A stretch of 64,000 nucleotides of DNA. Origin: Candidatus Omnitrophota bacterium (lineage in GTDB: Bacteria > Omnitrophota > Gorgyraeia > VGKH01 > JBHPFN01). Under the pieces are notes generated by a model that saw only the letters and a list, made by a program, of their open reading frames with translations, was not told the DNA's origin and did no database searches. This document shows positions 1 through 11,226 of this stretch, piece after piece; the stretch's first letter is position 1, and each line of letters starts with the position of its first letter. The position numbers and the translations under genes were made by a program. Where the stretch lies: NCBI GenBank assembly GCA_042571725.1, contig JBHPFN010000001.1, positions 5,048 to 69,047 of the forward strand, given 5' to 3'.

Positions 1-966
1 TTACGTAAGTATCTTTGACAAACCATATAACTCATCAAGCAGATGAACTCTTCTTTCGCAGGCAGTTTTAAAATCTACGACATTTATTTTATCGGCCACT
101 ACCCCTACCACTTTGCCGGATTCTCCTTTTATGAGCAGCTCTACCGCAGCCGCACCCAATCGAGTTGCCAAAATCCTATCGTTCGCAGTCGGGCTTCCAC
201 CCCGCTGCACATGCCCCAAGACGGCAACACGGGTCTCAAGCTTGGTTTGAACAGTAACATCCTTAGCGATATCTTCTGCCTTGCCAACTCCTTCGGCAAT
301 AATAATAATCCAGCTGTTTTTACCACGCTTATTTCCTTCGACTACGTCGCGGTACATGCTTGAGATATCAAACTTTCTCTCCGGGATCAACACATCTTCT
401 GCGCCCCCGCCTAAGGCAACCTGCATTGCGATATAACCTGATTTATTCCCCATAACCTCTACCACAAAAATTCTTTCCATGCTCGTTGCGGTATCGCGGA
501 TTTTATCGATCGCCTCAAGCGCGGTGTTAACCGCAGTATCAGAGCCGATGGTAAAATCTGTCCCGCAGATATCATTATCAATGGTTCCGGGAACTCCAAT
601 ACAGGGAATGCCCCATTTCATGGTAAGCGCGCCACCGCCTTCATACGTACCGTCACCGCCGATTAACACTAACGCATCTATATTATTTTTCTTAATAACC
701 TCAACGGCTTTCTTCTGACCTGCTTCTGTTTTGAATTCTTCAGAACGATCAGTCTTTAAAATGGTGCCACCACGATTAAGAATATTAGAAACAGAGCGAT
801 GATCCATCTCTTTTATTTCTTCATTCAGTAATCCGGCATATCCTCTACAGATACCTTTTACTTCCAATTTGTTATAGAGTGCACAGCGCACGACACTGCG
901 TATCGCTGCATTCATTCCCGGGGCGTCGCCGCCGCTGGTAAGTACTCCAATTTTCTTAATACTCAT
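1..966 (-). CDS. pfkA: ATP-dependent 6-phosphofructokinase
   Basis: Complete 321-aa ORF (stop at 1-3). GVLTSGGDAPGMNAAIR, LIGGDGT and PGTIDND motifs of the PfkA family. Confidence 0.9.
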   Translation of the reverse strand: MSIKKIGVLTSGGDAPGMNAAIRSVVRCALYNKLEVKGICRGYAGLLNEEIKEMDHRSVSNILNRGGTILKTDRSEEFKTEAGQKKAVEVIKKNNIDALVLIGGDGTYEGGGALTMKWGIPCIGVPGTIDNDICGTDFTIGSDTAVNTALEAIDKIRDTATSMERIFVVEVMGNKSGYIAMQVALGGGAEDVLIPERKFDISSMYRDVVEGNKRGKNSWIIIIAEGVGKAEDIAKDVTVQTKLETRVAVLGHVQRGGSPTANDRILATRLGAAAVELLIKGESGKVVGVVADKINVVDFKTACERRVHLLDELYGLSKILT

Positions 967-967
967 A

Positions 968-2674
968 CTATAGTCCTTGTACGTTTAGGCTTCTAGGATG
1001 TTCGATAGTATAGGAAAGAGTAATCTCTTTAGTCTTTTTTGGTTTAAGCTCGAACTCCCAACGCATTACGCCTTTTCTATCTAAATAGTCTTTTATGGTC
1101 GGTTCTTGGCTAAATTTAACCTTCTTTACTACGATTTTTTCATTCTCAGATACAGGTATCTGATCATAGAGATTTACCTTAATCTTTTTTGACTTATAAT
1201 TTTCAACAATCAACTTATATTCAAAGGTGATTGCCCTAGTCCTTGAAGGAAGCCCTGCTATGAGCGTCTCATCAGTCTTTTCCTTGAGCTTCTTACGCTT
1301 GACCGTAATGCCCTCATCAATACCGAGGTACAAATCAAATTCCTCTTCAGCACCAATAGCTTTTGGGATAGATGAGATACCGACAAAATCACCCTCTAAG
1401 AAAATATTGACTCTTCCGGGAAGAAGATTTCCTTCTTTAGAATTCTTAACCTTAGACATCAAGTACGCATAGCTAGAAAGTTTCGGTGTTGCTGCATATT
1501 CAAATTTGGCGCTTAAGTCTTGTGATGAAATCGGTACCTTGTGATCGGTGCCGTCTGATTTTATGGTTGCTTTCCGCGTTACCGCATACACTACCGCAGT
1601 GCCTTTTTCTTCAGCTTGTGCGAAAGCTATTGTAGCTTTCTCTGGCTCCTCTGCCAACATATATCCTTCGTCGTCTGCCCCTCCGATACCTGGTGCCATC
1701 ATAGTCTGCGTCCCTACATAATCCATTTCCATTCTCATATTACCTGATTTAGCGCCGAGCATCCCGCTTCGCCTTTTTCTAACTTCATACGGCCTTAAAA
1801 ACCAAGGATGCAACTCCTGCATCTTGCCACCTATAGAGGGCTTGGCAGTAGAAAGGATTAACTCGACATCTTCCCAGGGCTCACCGGTAGTCTGTCTAAT
1901 TGAGCCATACATTATCAACTCTACATTGTTTTTTTCAAATGATGCGCGCGCATCATAAATCGGTCCCCAACTGACACCGCGGACAAGATATGAGATGGTT
2001 AAATCTAGACTTCCTGCTTTTGTGGCTTCCAACTCAACCACGATTGAACGCTGCATCTTTCTTACGCCTACATTGATTTCCTGTAATTGTCTATTTAATG
2101 CATTTCTCTTGTCGTTGAGCTCTCTTATCTTTAGCCCAATTGCTTCTTTAGCGCTTTGATTCTCTTGTAGTTTTGTGCTTAAAAAAGTTGCTAAGCTATC
2201 TAGCTCTGTGACCGTAGGAAACTTGGTAATTAAATCTTTAGGAATCTGAGTACCGGCTGAAAGCTTAATCGAGTTTAAGAATTCTCTTTCTTCATTAAGA
2301 ACGCCGAAGCGATTATTTAAACTATTAATCTGATCATCTATTGCTAGAATTTGCGCCTGCAGATCCTTTACCTGCTCAGAAGGTGCTTTTTCCAAATATT
2401 CCCTTTTTATTTGAGCGCCGTAGATCTTGACCTCAGCACTGCCTTTTCCGGAGACAGAGAGCGAATTCTGATCAACCTCAGGAATAATCTCGGGAAATAC
2501 GATTTTGTGTTCCCCTGCTGAGAGATCTAAATTTGCAACGCGTGCAATCAGGGCTGAACCAGGATACACCGTAACCTGAGCGATCTTTGAATCGGTTTCC
2601 ACTACTTCAGCGAAACAAACAGATACGTTGAGCGCCAAGAACAATACTAAACAAATTCTTGTAATCGTTCTCAT
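968..2674 (-). CDS. Secreted DUF4139/DUF4140-type protein (TIGR02231-like family)
   Basis: 568-aa ORF with signal peptide MRTITRICLVLFLALNVSVCFA, a central coiled-coil segment and a C-terminal beta-rich domain. GGAGG RBS. Family assignment is from remembered architecture only. Confidence 0.5.
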   Translation of the reverse strand: MRTITRICLVLFLALNVSVCFAEVVETDSKIAQVTVYPGSALIARVANLDLSAGEHKIVFPEIIPEVDQNSLSVSGKGSAEVKIYGAQIKREYLEKAPSEQVKDLQAQILAIDDQINSLNNRFGVLNEEREFLNSIKLSAGTQIPKDLITKFPTVTELDSLATFLSTKLQENQSAKEAIGLKIRELNDKRNALNRQLQEINVGVRKMQRSIVVELEATKAGSLDLTISYLVRGVSWGPIYDARASFEKNNVELIMYGSIRQTTGEPWEDVELILSTAKPSIGGKMQELHPWFLRPYEVRKRRSGMLGAKSGNMRMEMDYVGTQTMMAPGIGGADDEGYMLAEEPEKATIAFAQAEEKGTAVVYAVTRKATIKSDGTDHKVPISSQDLSAKFEYAATPKLSSYAYLMSKVKNSKEGNLLPGRVNIFLEGDFVGISSIPKAIGAEEEFDLYLGIDEGITVKRKKLKEKTDETLIAGLPSRTRAITFEYKLIVENYKSKKIKVNLYDQIPVSENEKIVVKKVKFSQEPTIKDYLDRKGVMRWEFELKPKKTKEITLSYTIEHPRSLNVQGL

Positions 2675-2689
2675 TTCTGCCTCCCGTTT

Positions 2690-3946
2690 TTAAGTTCCCA
2701 TCTCCCAGCTGGCAAGATACTTTTCTTGCTGTTTGGTTAATGTATCTATCTTAATGCCTAAAGATTTCAATTTTAGCGCAGCGATTCTTTTATCAAGCAC
2801 TGCGGGAACACTGTATACTTTATTCTCTAACTTTTTATGGTGCTTTGCCACGTATTCGGCCGAAAGCGCCTGATTGGCAAAACTCATGTCCATAACCGAT
2901 GCGGGATGTCCCTCGGCAGCGGCTAAATTGATCAGCCGGCCGTCTCCTAAAAGATAAATTCTTCTACCGCTACGCAATGTATATTCTTTTACAAATTCGC
3001 GAATCTGACGAGTAGCTTTGCTTAACGATTGCAATGCAGGAATATCAATTTCTACATTGAAATGTCCTGCGTTAGCAACAATTGCGCCGTCTTTCATCTT
3101 AGCAAAGTGTTCTTTGCGAAGCACGGCGATATCACCGGAAACGGTTACAAAGAAATCCCCGATCGCTGCAGCACGTGCAATCGGCATAACCGCGTATCCG
3201 TCCATGGCTGCCTCGAGTGCGCGCAGAGGATCAACCTCAACGATAACAACCTTTGCACCCATGCCTTGCGCACGCATAGCAACTCCTCTTCCGCACCAAC
3301 CGTAGCCGCAGACGACAAATGTGGTACCTGCAAGTAACCGATTGGTCGCCCTGATAATTCCATCTATGGTTGATTGACCCGTACCGTAACGATTGTCAAA
3401 AAAATGCTTGGTGCACGCATCGTTAACGGCAATTACAGGAAACAACAATTTGCCATTTTCCTCCAACGCCTTAAGACGGATAACACCAGTAGTGGTCTCT
3501 TCTGTTCCGGCAAGGATATTTTTTACCAGGTTTTTTCTTTTACCATGAAGCGTTGAAACCAAATCTGCACCGTCATCCATGGTAATATGCGGTTTTATAT
3601 CAAGCACTGCGTCAACATGCTTGTAGTACGTTTTAGTATCTTCTCCTTTTATAGAAAAAGTACTAATCCCATAATCTTTTACTAAAGATGCGGCCACGTC
3701 ATCCTGGGTCGAGAGAGGATTCGATGCGCAGAGTGCTAATTGCGCACCACCAGCTTGTAATGCCCGCATCAGATTCGCGGTCTCAGTAGTTACATGCAAA
3801 CAAGCAGCCAGTCGGACGCCTTTAAGCGGTTTTTGTTTGCGAAAGCGCTCTTCAATAAGACGCAAGACGGGCATATTTTTACGCGCCCACTCAATTCGTA
3901 GCTTTCCTTTCTTTGCTAACTGTATATTTTTTACGTCATATTTCAT
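2690..3946 (-). CDS. ahcY: Adenosylhomocysteinase
   Basis: 418-aa ORF. NAD-binding [10 protein letters not shown] motif and an AhcY-type N-terminus. Its start overlaps the metK stop (ATGA). Confidence 0.9.
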   Translation of the reverse strand: MKYDVKNIQLAKKGKLRIEWARKNMPVLRLIEERFRKQKPLKGVRLAACLHVTTETANLMRALQAGGAQLALCASNPLSTQDDVAASLVKDYGISTFSIKGEDTKTYYKHVDAVLDIKPHITMDDGADLVSTLHGKRKNLVKNILAGTEETTTGVIRLKALEENGKLLFPVIAVNDACTKHFFDNRYGTGQSTIDGIIRATNRLLAGTTFVVCGYGWCGRGVAMRAQGMGAKVVIVEVDPLRALEAAMDGYAVMPIARAAAIGDFFVTVSGDIAVLRKEHFAKMKDGAIVANAGHFNVEIDIPALQSLSKATRQIREFVKEYTLRSGRRIYLLGDGRLINLAAAEGHPASVMDMSFANQALSAEYVAKHHKKLENKVYSVPAVLDKRIAALKLKSLGIKIDTLTKQQEKYLASWEMGT

Positions 3947-5103
3947 CGCACGGCCTTTCGTAACGCATTCACTTTGTCGGTTCTCTCCCAGGTAAAATTC
4001 TTTTCATTCCTTCCAAAATGACCGTAGCTTGCGGTAGCCTGGTAAATCGGCCGGCGCAGATCCAAATGCTTGATAATCCCCTGCGGCGTTAAATCAAAGA
4101 CCTTGCGCACCGCTTTTTCTAAAACTTGAGGAGTAGCGTCTGAAGTGCCGAGTGTATCAACCATAACGCTTACCGGGTCTACTCTTCCGATAACGTAGGC
4201 GAGCTGCACGACGCATTTTCTTGCTAAGCCGCTGGCGACAATATTTTTTGCAACATATCGTGCCATGTACGTAGCTGATCGGTCAACCTTGGTCGGGTCT
4301 TTTCCAGAAAAAGCCCCACCGCCATGCGATATAATCCCTCCGTAGGTATCGACCACTATCTTTCTTCCTGTCATACCCGTATCTGACTGAGGACCGCCGA
4401 CCACGAATTTACCCGTTTCATTGACGTAAAATTTTGTTCTCCTATCGATATACTCTCCTACTATTGGCTTTGCGATAGTATCGATTATTTCCTGCCGTGC
4501 TTTCTTCGTAATCCTCTTACCAGTAAAATCAAGGATGTCTTCGGTGTGCTGACAGGCTAACACAACTGCATCAACTCTCTTGGGTTCATCATCATGATAT
4601 TCGACGGTGACCTGCGATTTACAATCAGGGCCGAGATATTTTAGCACATTGCTCTTTCTTATATCTGCCGCTCGCTTAACCAATTTATGAGAAAGCATAA
4701 TAGGAAGCGGCATTAATTCTTTCGTTTCGGAACATGCGTATCCTACCATCAAACCTTGATCTCCGGCACCGCCAGCATCGACTCCTTGCGCGATATCCGG
4801 GGATTGACTATTAATGGAATCAATAATTGCGCATGTGTCGGCACAAAATCCATACTTATGATGAGTATAGCCTATTCTATTTAATGTTTTTCTTACAAGT
4901 TTATGTGTATCGACAAAACCTTTTGTGGTGATTTCTCCTCCCACGATAACGAGGCCCATGGTAACATATGTCTCACATGCAACTCGTCCTTTTGAATCTT
5001 GTCGTAGTACATCATCTAATACCGCATCCGAAATCTGATCACATACTTTATCCGGATGACCTTCACCAACCGACTCAGAAGTAACACAATACTTTCCCTT
5101 CAA
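3943..5103 (-). CDS. metK: S-adenosylmethionine synthase
   Basis: 386-aa [19 protein letters not shown] and [16 protein letters not shown] signatures. Confidence 0.92.
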   Translation of the reverse strand: MKGKYCVTSESVGEGHPDKVCDQISDAVLDDVLRQDSKGRVACETYVTMGLVIVGGEITTKGFVDTHKLVRKTLNRIGYTHHKYGFCADTCAIIDSINSQSPDIAQGVDAGGAGDQGLMVGYACSETKELMPLPIMLSHKLVKRAADIRKSNVLKYLGPDCKSQVTVEYHDDEPKRVDAVVLACQHTEDILDFTGKRITKKARQEIIDTIAKPIVGEYIDRRTKFYVNETGKFVVGGPQSDTGMTGRKIVVDTYGGIISHGGGAFSGKDPTKVDRSATYMARYVAKNIVASGLARKCVVQLAYVIGRVDPVSVMVDTLGTSDATPQVLEKAVRKVFDLTPQGIIKHLDLRRPIYQATASYGHFGRNEKNFTWERTDKVNALRKAVR

Positions 5104-5130
5104 CGCAACCCTCCTTTTTTGACACTCCTG

Positions 5131-5883
5131 TTAAAAATAGTTCTGCACCTCGTTATACGACTCGATATGACCAATATCATACCACCGTCCCTGAAACACA
5201 AATCCGAATACATCTTCTTTTTTATAAAGCCACTTTATATACGTGCCGGAAGTATCCTTTTCTGAATGATTCTTAGCACACTTCTCAATATACTCCGAGA
5301 TTAGCGCAAGACCTTCCTGAGGTAAATAGTATAAGCACATGGCCACTAAACTTGATTTCGGCTCGCGCGGCTTCTCTTCAAAAGAAATTATTTTTTTATC
5401 GGCATCTAACGCAACAACTCCGAAGCGCTGTGCGTCTGCAATTTTTTGTATGTCAACTAGCCCGATTGATTTTCGAGGCCGCACTGATTGCGCAAATTGC
5501 ACAAACTCATTCAACTCAAAATCAAAAATATTATCTCCTCCGATAACAAGGGTATCTTCTGCAATATGCTTTTCTTTTATGGCAAAATAAATATCGCCAA
5601 TCGCCCCCAACCTATCTTCGGGAGATGTAGTTCCGTCGTTGACAATGTTTATAGGAATTTTTGTTAGCGCTGCGTCGTTTTGTGCTTGCCAATCCTTAAA
5701 TGTTGCAAAAAATTTATCATTTGTAATTACCACTATTTCTGTAAGACCCTCGAGGCTAGTAAGTTTCTGAACCAAATGATTTATCATCGGCTGCTTACCT
5801 ACTGTCAAAAGAGGCTTGGGCATATTTTTTGTTAGAGGGTAGAGCCGTGTTCCGTACCCTGCTGCAAGAATAAGTGCTTTCAT
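5131..5883 (-). CDS. Sugar-phosphate nucleotidyltransferase family protein
   Basis: 250-aa ORF. N-terminal LILAAGYGTRLYPLTKNMPKPLL (GxGTRL) signature. Substrate cannot be determined. Confidence 0.7.
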   Translation of the reverse strand: MKALILAAGYGTRLYPLTKNMPKPLLTVGKQPMINHLVQKLTSLEGLTEIVVITNDKFFATFKDWQAQNDAALTKIPINIVNDGTTSPEDRLGAIGDIYFAIKEKHIAEDTLVIGGDNIFDFELNEFVQFAQSVRPRKSIGLVDIQKIADAQRFGVVALDADKKIISFEEKPREPKSSLVAMCLYYLPQEGLALISEYIEKCAKNHSEKDTSGTYIKWLYKKEDVFGFVFQGRWYDIGHIESYNEVQNYF

Positions 5884-5884
5884 A

Positions 5885-7660
5885 TTACTGTTTTTTGTCT
5901 ACCCTCTCCTGCTCACCGAGTATCTCAGGAGCTAGCTTCCTTAATTGACTGTCGCTAAACTCTTCAACTTCCTTGCCGGTTGAAAGAGTAAGCGCCTTCT
6001 GCGCCACCTTCTGCGCCTGCTTATAGCTGACAGTTCTAACCATCTGTTTTATCTGCGGCACAATCACCGAAGGCATGCTAAATTCATCTAATCCTAACCC
6101 TAACAACAAAAGCGCTAACGCAGGCTCTCCGGTCATCTCACCGCACATCCCCACCCAGATGTTAGCGGCATGTCCTGCATCAATAATAGCTTTTACGAGC
6201 TTTAGCACTGCAGGGTGAGCGGGTTCATAAAGATAGGCGATTTTTTCGTTTGTTCTGTCAATCGCCAATGCATATTGGATCAAGTCATTGGTTCCGATGC
6301 TAAAGAAATCCGCCTCTTTCGCTAAGATATCAGCGGTGAGAGCTGCCGATGGCACCTCGATCATAGCCCCTACCTTCATATCTTCATCAAAAGGAATTCC
6401 CTCGTTGCGTAATTCACGTTGCGCATCATTTAAAATAATATTCGCCTGACGCAACTCCTCGATTCCGGAAATCATGGGATACATCATTTTTAACTTACCA
6501 TGAGCCGAAGCCCTTAAAATCGCCCTCAATTGCACCTTGAAGATATCAGGCCGGGCTAAACAAAAACGAATTGCCCGCCAGCCCAAAAATGGATTCATGT
6601 CTTTTGGCACTTGCAGTTTCGATACAAATTTATCACCGCCTAAATCCAGCGTTCTAACCACCACGCTATGTGGCAGCATTGCTTCTGCAACATGTTTATA
6701 GGCTTCGAACTGCTCCTCTTCCGTGGGTAAATCTATCCTATTCATATAGAAATACTCTGTTCTATAGAGCCCAATCCCAAACGCACCATGTTCAATAATC
6801 GCAGGGATTTCTTCGGGCAACTCAATATTTGCCACTACTTCCACTGTTCTTCCGTCAGTTGTCTCAGCGGGTAAGTCTTTTAATTGATAAAATCTCCCTT
6901 TTTGACTGTCGAATCTCTGACGTGCCGTCTTATATTTATCGAGAGTGTCTTTAGAAGGGTCAGCGATTACTAACCCACCTCTTCCATCAATAATCAGAAT
7001 ATCTCCGTCTCGAATCTTAAGCGTTGCTACCTCCAGACCTACTACCGCGGGGATTTCCAGAGATTTTGCCATAATCGCAGTATGCGAGGTACGCGATCCG
7101 ATATCGGTAACAAACCCGATAACGTTCTTCCTATGCATCATGGCGGTATCCGACGGAGACAAGTCATGTGCGACAATGATGTACTGATCCTGAAGGTCGC
7201 TAACAACCTGGCGCGTCTTACCCAAAAGGTTTCTTAAGATTCTTTTGCCTACGTCATTGATATCACTAATCCTCTCGCGCAGATATTCATCCTCGATTCG
7301 GGAGAATACATTAATATATTTCTTGAGTACTTCAGAAAATACATACTCAACGCAGAGTTTTCCCTTCTTGACATGAGAAATAACGTCTTCAATCAACATG
7401 CGGTCTTCAAGAACCAAAAGGTGCGCATCGAAAATCTCCGCATGCTCAGTGCCCATCTGCTCTTCGATTTTTCTTTGAATCTCAATAATCTCATGACGCG
7501 TCTTAATCAGCGCTTCCTCAAAGCGTACGATCTCAGAAGAAACTTCTGCTTCGGTAATCCCTCGGGGGGAAATTACAAATTCTTCTTTACCGAATAGATA
7601 CGCCGGTCCAATCGCTACACCAGGTGCAGCCGGTATTCCTTTTATTACTTTCTCACTCAT
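5885..7660 (-). CDS. ptsI: Phosphoenolpyruvate-protein phosphotransferase (PTS enzyme I)
   Basis: 591-aa ORF. Phosphohistidine region GSRTSHTAIMAKSLEIPAVVG and PEP-utilizer motif FFSIGTNDLIQY. Confidence 0.9.
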   Translation of the reverse strand: MSEKVIKGIPAAPGVAIGPAYLFGKEEFVISPRGITEAEVSSEIVRFEEALIKTRHEIIEIQRKIEEQMGTEHAEIFDAHLLVLEDRMLIEDVISHVKKGKLCVEYVFSEVLKKYINVFSRIEDEYLRERISDINDVGKRILRNLLGKTRQVVSDLQDQYIIVAHDLSPSDTAMMHRKNVIGFVTDIGSRTSHTAIMAKSLEIPAVVGLEVATLKIRDGDILIIDGRGGLVIADPSKDTLDKYKTARQRFDSQKGRFYQLKDLPAETTDGRTVEVVANIELPEEIPAIIEHGAFGIGLYRTEYFYMNRIDLPTEEEQFEAYKHVAEAMLPHSVVVRTLDLGGDKFVSKLQVPKDMNPFLGWRAIRFCLARPDIFKVQLRAILRASAHGKLKMMYPMISGIEELRQANIILNDAQRELRNEGIPFDEDMKVGAMIEVPSAALTADILAKEADFFSIGTNDLIQYALAIDRTNEKIAYLYEPAHPAVLKLVKAIIDAGHAANIWVGMCGEMTGEPALALLLLGLGLDEFSMPSVIVPQIKQMVRTVSYKQAQKVAQKALTLSTGKEVEEFSDSQLRKLAPEILGEQERVDKKQ

Positions 7661-7916
7661 CTTTATTCACCAATGCCTCTAATTCTGCAACTGCCTCTTG
7701 AGCGTCAGCGCCGTCGGCCTCAATTACAATCTCGCTACCTTTTTCCGCAGCGAGCATCAAAATCCCCATGATCGATTTTCCGCTTACCGCGTCTCCGTCT
7801 TTCTTAAGTACAATCTTTGATTCAAATTTGTTGGCCAATTGAACAAAGGTCGCTGCCGGACGAGCATGGAGCCCTTGTTTATTATTTATAATTAGCTTCT
7901 TTTTTATTTTTGGCAT
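7653..7916 (-). CDS. ptsH: Phosphocarrier protein HPr
   Basis: 87-aa ORF. His15 motif GLHARPA and Ser46 region GKSIMG. Overlaps the ptsI start by 8 nt. Confidence 0.85.
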   Translation of the reverse strand: MPKIKKKLIINNKQGLHARPAATFVQLANKFESKIVLKKDGDAVSGKSIMGILMLAAEKGSEIVIEADGADAQEAVAELEALVNKDE

Positions 7917-7918
7917 AG

Positions 7919-9958
7919 CTATGTATTGATATCTATCAAAATCCGTGAATCCCAGGTTTTGTTCTTTTCAACAGTGATATCCCACCACAATAACAAGCAT
8001 AAGTTTTGGTACGTTTTGTCTATGCCTGTTTCTGTTTGAGAAACTGTTTCAATTGGAAAATGCCACAGATTAAACGGCTGCTCAGCAGTAAAGGCTATCT
8101 GCAATTTATTCCATACATCATTAATATTCACATTGTGCATGCTTAATGTTTCACCGGGTACTGCCAATACCGAATCGTACACTGAAAGATTAAACTCGAT
8201 GCCGAACCGAGCAGAAAAGTCATTTTGCCCAAGGTTTTTGATTGCATAATGAACATTTGCGCATGACTTCTCGATTTCAATCGTTTTCTTCAACCCTACT
8301 GCCAGAACTCCTGAGCCGCATCGACGAGAAAAAGCTACCCTACATTTTTTCTTAGCTTGTGTTACGTGTGTCTCAAAAGGCATACCAATAAAGTCTAATC
8401 TTTCTACATAGGAAGACTTTATAAAATCTTCCAGGTGCACAGAAGGATCTAAAAAATGATCCTGCAAACAGTATCGGTTGTGCTTATCGTAAAAAAGCAT
8501 CTGCTTTAAATTATCCTGTTTAATGGGTGCTGCATCATGGATGCTAGCCGGTTGTTTGCCTGCCGCAGGCTGTTGGCTAGGCTTTTTCGTCAACTTATCA
8601 TGATACGGTTCATAACGACGAACTAACGTATTGATCAATGTTGCCGGGGTTTCACGATAGTCCCAGCTTGAGAGCGCTGCACCTTGGGCAGGCTTTATAA
8701 TCATATTCATTTTTTCGGTATTTACGATAACCTCGTCGTTTCCGTCGCAATCATAGTCTACTACTTCTACAGTCTGTTTTGTCTTATCACGTAGAATCCT
8801 ATCAACAATCTTTTCTGCCTCAACTAAATGCCTTGATATCGCCAGCCTAAGATGATTAAGATACAATCCGCCAAAAACACCGTGCCAATAAATATCATTG
8901 GCTTGTCCCATATAGAGATGGTGTCGCGCTTTTGTTAATTCTTTGGCAATTGTTTTTTTCGAAACCTTGCATTTCTTTCCGTTGCTACAGGCTGATTGGG
9001 TCTGCGCAATCTTATTGCTGACATAGATCATTTTCTTATGCAGTGAATTTGCCTCAGGGTACTTTACCAAAAAATTACGGAAAAATCCTCCTGACCACTC
9101 CAACATCTCACGATAGCTTGCGCAGGAAAGATAAATTCTCCCTGTGGGGGTAGAATGCTTAAGGTGCTCGCTAAAGGTAGTTAGGTTAATCCACTCGCGG
9201 TTTGCTTCCAAGCAAGTGAAAAATGTATCTAACCATTTCTCTTGGTATACCCACTTGTGCGTACCTGGCCAGAGCCCAAACTTTTCTCCGTCGTCTGCAA
9301 AGGTTATCGTAGGATTAGTTTTGCGCTGGCTTCGCTCTTTTAAATAATCAATTGTCTCCTGCGGCAACTTAAACGGCATAAGGTATCGTAATTTTTCCGA
9401 ACCAGGAAAAATACAAAGCCTGTTTCCCAGCTCTTCTGTCAGGTAATACCCGTTGAGCTCCTTGGGTTGAAACTTGACAAATTTGCCATTATCGGTAAGC
9501 TCGCTCACCGCAGAAAAATGTGAATCATCCACCATCGTATACGTAATTCCTGCTTGAGAAAGAATCGAGGGAATCTTAGGTTCCCAGATTCTCTCGGCCA
9601 ACCATGCACCCTGAGCAGAATAGCTAAATTCATCTTTTATTTTATTTTTAAGCATCTTAATCTGGCCCCAAGCATCCCGCTCGGGAATCATTGATAAGAT
9701 CGGCTCAAAATACCCTCCTGCGATAATCTCTACTTGAGACGCATCGACTAATTTCTTTATTCGCGTCAAAAACTCAGGTTGATTGCTTTTAAACCAGTCG
9801 ATGAGATTGCCGGAATAGTGCAAGGAAAGCTTAACCTTCGGATGCCGTTCCAATACTGTAATAAAAGGAAGGTACGATTTCTCATACGCTTCCTGAATCA
9901 CGCCGTCAAAATTTCCTACCGGCTGATGACAATGTATTGCGATAAGAAAATTAATCAT
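7919..9958 (-). CDS. Glycoside hydrolase family 57 protein (alpha-glucan-active)
   Basis: 679-aa ORF. N-terminal IAIHCHQPVGNF and WLAERIWEP motifs typical of GH57. Its start overlaps the upstream stop (ATGA). Confidence 0.72.
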   Translation of the reverse strand: MINFLIAIHCHQPVGNFDGVIQEAYEKSYLPFITVLERHPKVKLSLHYSGNLIDWFKSNQPEFLTRIKKLVDASQVEIIAGGYFEPILSMIPERDAWGQIKMLKNKIKDEFSYSAQGAWLAERIWEPKIPSILSQAGITYTMVDDSHFSAVSELTDNGKFVKFQPKELNGYYLTEELGNRLCIFPGSEKLRYLMPFKLPQETIDYLKERSQRKTNPTITFADDGEKFGLWPGTHKWVYQEKWLDTFFTCLEANREWINLTTFSEHLKHSTPTGRIYLSCASYREMLEWSGGFFRNFLVKYPEANSLHKKMIYVSNKIAQTQSACSNGKKCKVSKKTIAKELTKARHHLYMGQANDIYWHGVFGGLYLNHLRLAISRHLVEAEKIVDRILRDKTKQTVEVVDYDCDGNDEVIVNTEKMNMIIKPAQGAALSSWDYRETPATLINTLVRRYEPYHDKLTKKPSQQPAAGKQPASIHDAAPIKQDNLKQMLFYDKHNRYCLQDHFLDPSVHLEDFIKSSYVERLDFIGMPFETHVTQAKKKCRVAFSRRCGSGVLAVGLKKTIEIEKSCANVHYAIKNLGQNDFSARFGIEFNLSVYDSVLAVPGETLSMHNVNINDVWNKLQIAFTAEQPFNLWHFPIETVSQTETGIDKTYQNLCLLLWWDITVEKNKTWDSRILIDINT

Positions 9959-11226
9959 TTCTTTTTTGCGTTCTTGTTACGCGTCGCAAGATCTACGATT
10001 GTTTTTGCAAGACGCGCTGAATCGTGCCGTACGAAATCGGCTAAGTTAATAACGCGTTCCTCAATCACTTTATACCCGAGCTTACGTATTTTATCTGTAT
10101 CTGCTACAACGGGAAAAGCATCCTCTTCCTTATATCGAGCAAGTAATTCATCAGAGGCTCGCGCGGTATTTACCACGCAATAATCCATAATTGTCAAATG
10201 AGAATGCGCAATAATTGTTTCTGCGTGTCGCGAAGCAGTGTATCCATCGGTCTCTCCGGGCTGGGTCATCACATTACACACATACACCTTAACGGCGGAA
10301 GAATTTACTATAGTTTCAGTTACTCCTTTAACAAGCAAATTAGGGATAATGCTTGTATAAAGGCTTCCTGGCCCTAAAATAACTATGTCTGCTTCTTTAA
10401 TTGCCTTTAACGCCTCTTCTGTCGCTGCGGGTGCCGCGGGTTTTAAAAATACTCTTTTTATGGGCAGATTTTTCTTAGGAATCCGATCCTCACCTTCTAC
10501 AATTGAACCATCCTCATATTCTGCCACGAGTGAAACCTTCTCTAACGTCGAAGGAATAACCTGGCCGCGTATCGCTAAGACTTTACTTGACTCTTTTACC
10601 GCCAGTTCAAAATCTCCAGTTACCTCTGTCATAGCGGTGATAAAAAGATTGCCAAAATTATGGCCCTGTAACTCACCGCCTTTATCAAAGCGGAGTTGAA
10701 ATAATTTCTGCATAAGCGGTTCGGCATCAGCCAAAGCTACAAGGCAGTTTCTGATATCTCCAGGAGGCAAAACATCAAACTGCTCACGTAATCTTCCGGA
10801 ACTACCGCCGCTATCGGCAACAGTGACAACAGCTGAAATATTATTAGTATAGCTCTTTAGACCATGAAGTATCATCGCTAAACCAGTACCTCCACCAACG
10901 GTGACAATCTTTGGGCCTCGGGCAAGATGCACCTTCTGGTAGAGAATATCGACGATATCCTTCTCTTTCCGTGGAATAAATGCCATGACAAATGATTTAA
11001 TGAGTTTCACGATACCAAGTATCGTAAGAAATACTCCACAGAAAACAGTAGCCAAACCAACCGTTCGTAAAACCTGGACAATCTCAGATGAAAAAAGCGC
11101 ACTCCCGGCAATCGTCATGAATACTCCAAAGAGGGACACCATAATCCAGCGCTTGATTTTCATGCCCGGATAGAGCCATTTAAAAAGTGAATTGATATTA
11201 AATCGGAATCTAGATCTTTTTTTCAT
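9955..11226 (-). CDS. YvcK/CofD-like (UPF0052, gluconeogenesis factor family) protein with an N-terminal two-TM extension
   Basis: 423-aa ORF. The UPF0052 core starts at GPKIVTVGGGTGL and includes GPGSLYTSIIPNLL. Residues ~25-80 form two hydrophobic helices. The start is uncertain (an alternative Met at 11163). Confidence 0.7.
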   Translation of the reverse strand: MKKRSRFRFNINSLFKWLYPGMKIKRWIMVSLFGVFMTIAGSALFSSEIVQVLRTVGLATVFCGVFLTILGIVKLIKSFVMAFIPRKEKDIVDILYQKVHLARGPKIVTVGGGTGLAMILHGLKSYTNNISAVVTVADSGGSSGRLREQFDVLPPGDIRNCLVALADAEPLMQKLFQLRFDKGGELQGHNFGNLFITAMTEVTGDFELAVKESSKVLAIRGQVIPSTLEKVSLVAEYEDGSIVEGEDRIPKKNLPIKRVFLKPAAPAATEEALKAIKEADIVILGPGSLYTSIIPNLLVKGVTETIVNSSAVKVYVCNVMTQPGETDGYTASRHAETIIAHSHLTIMDYCVVNTARASDELLARYKEEDAFPVVADTDKIRKLGYKVIEERVINLADFVRHDSARLAKTIVDLATRNKNAKKK

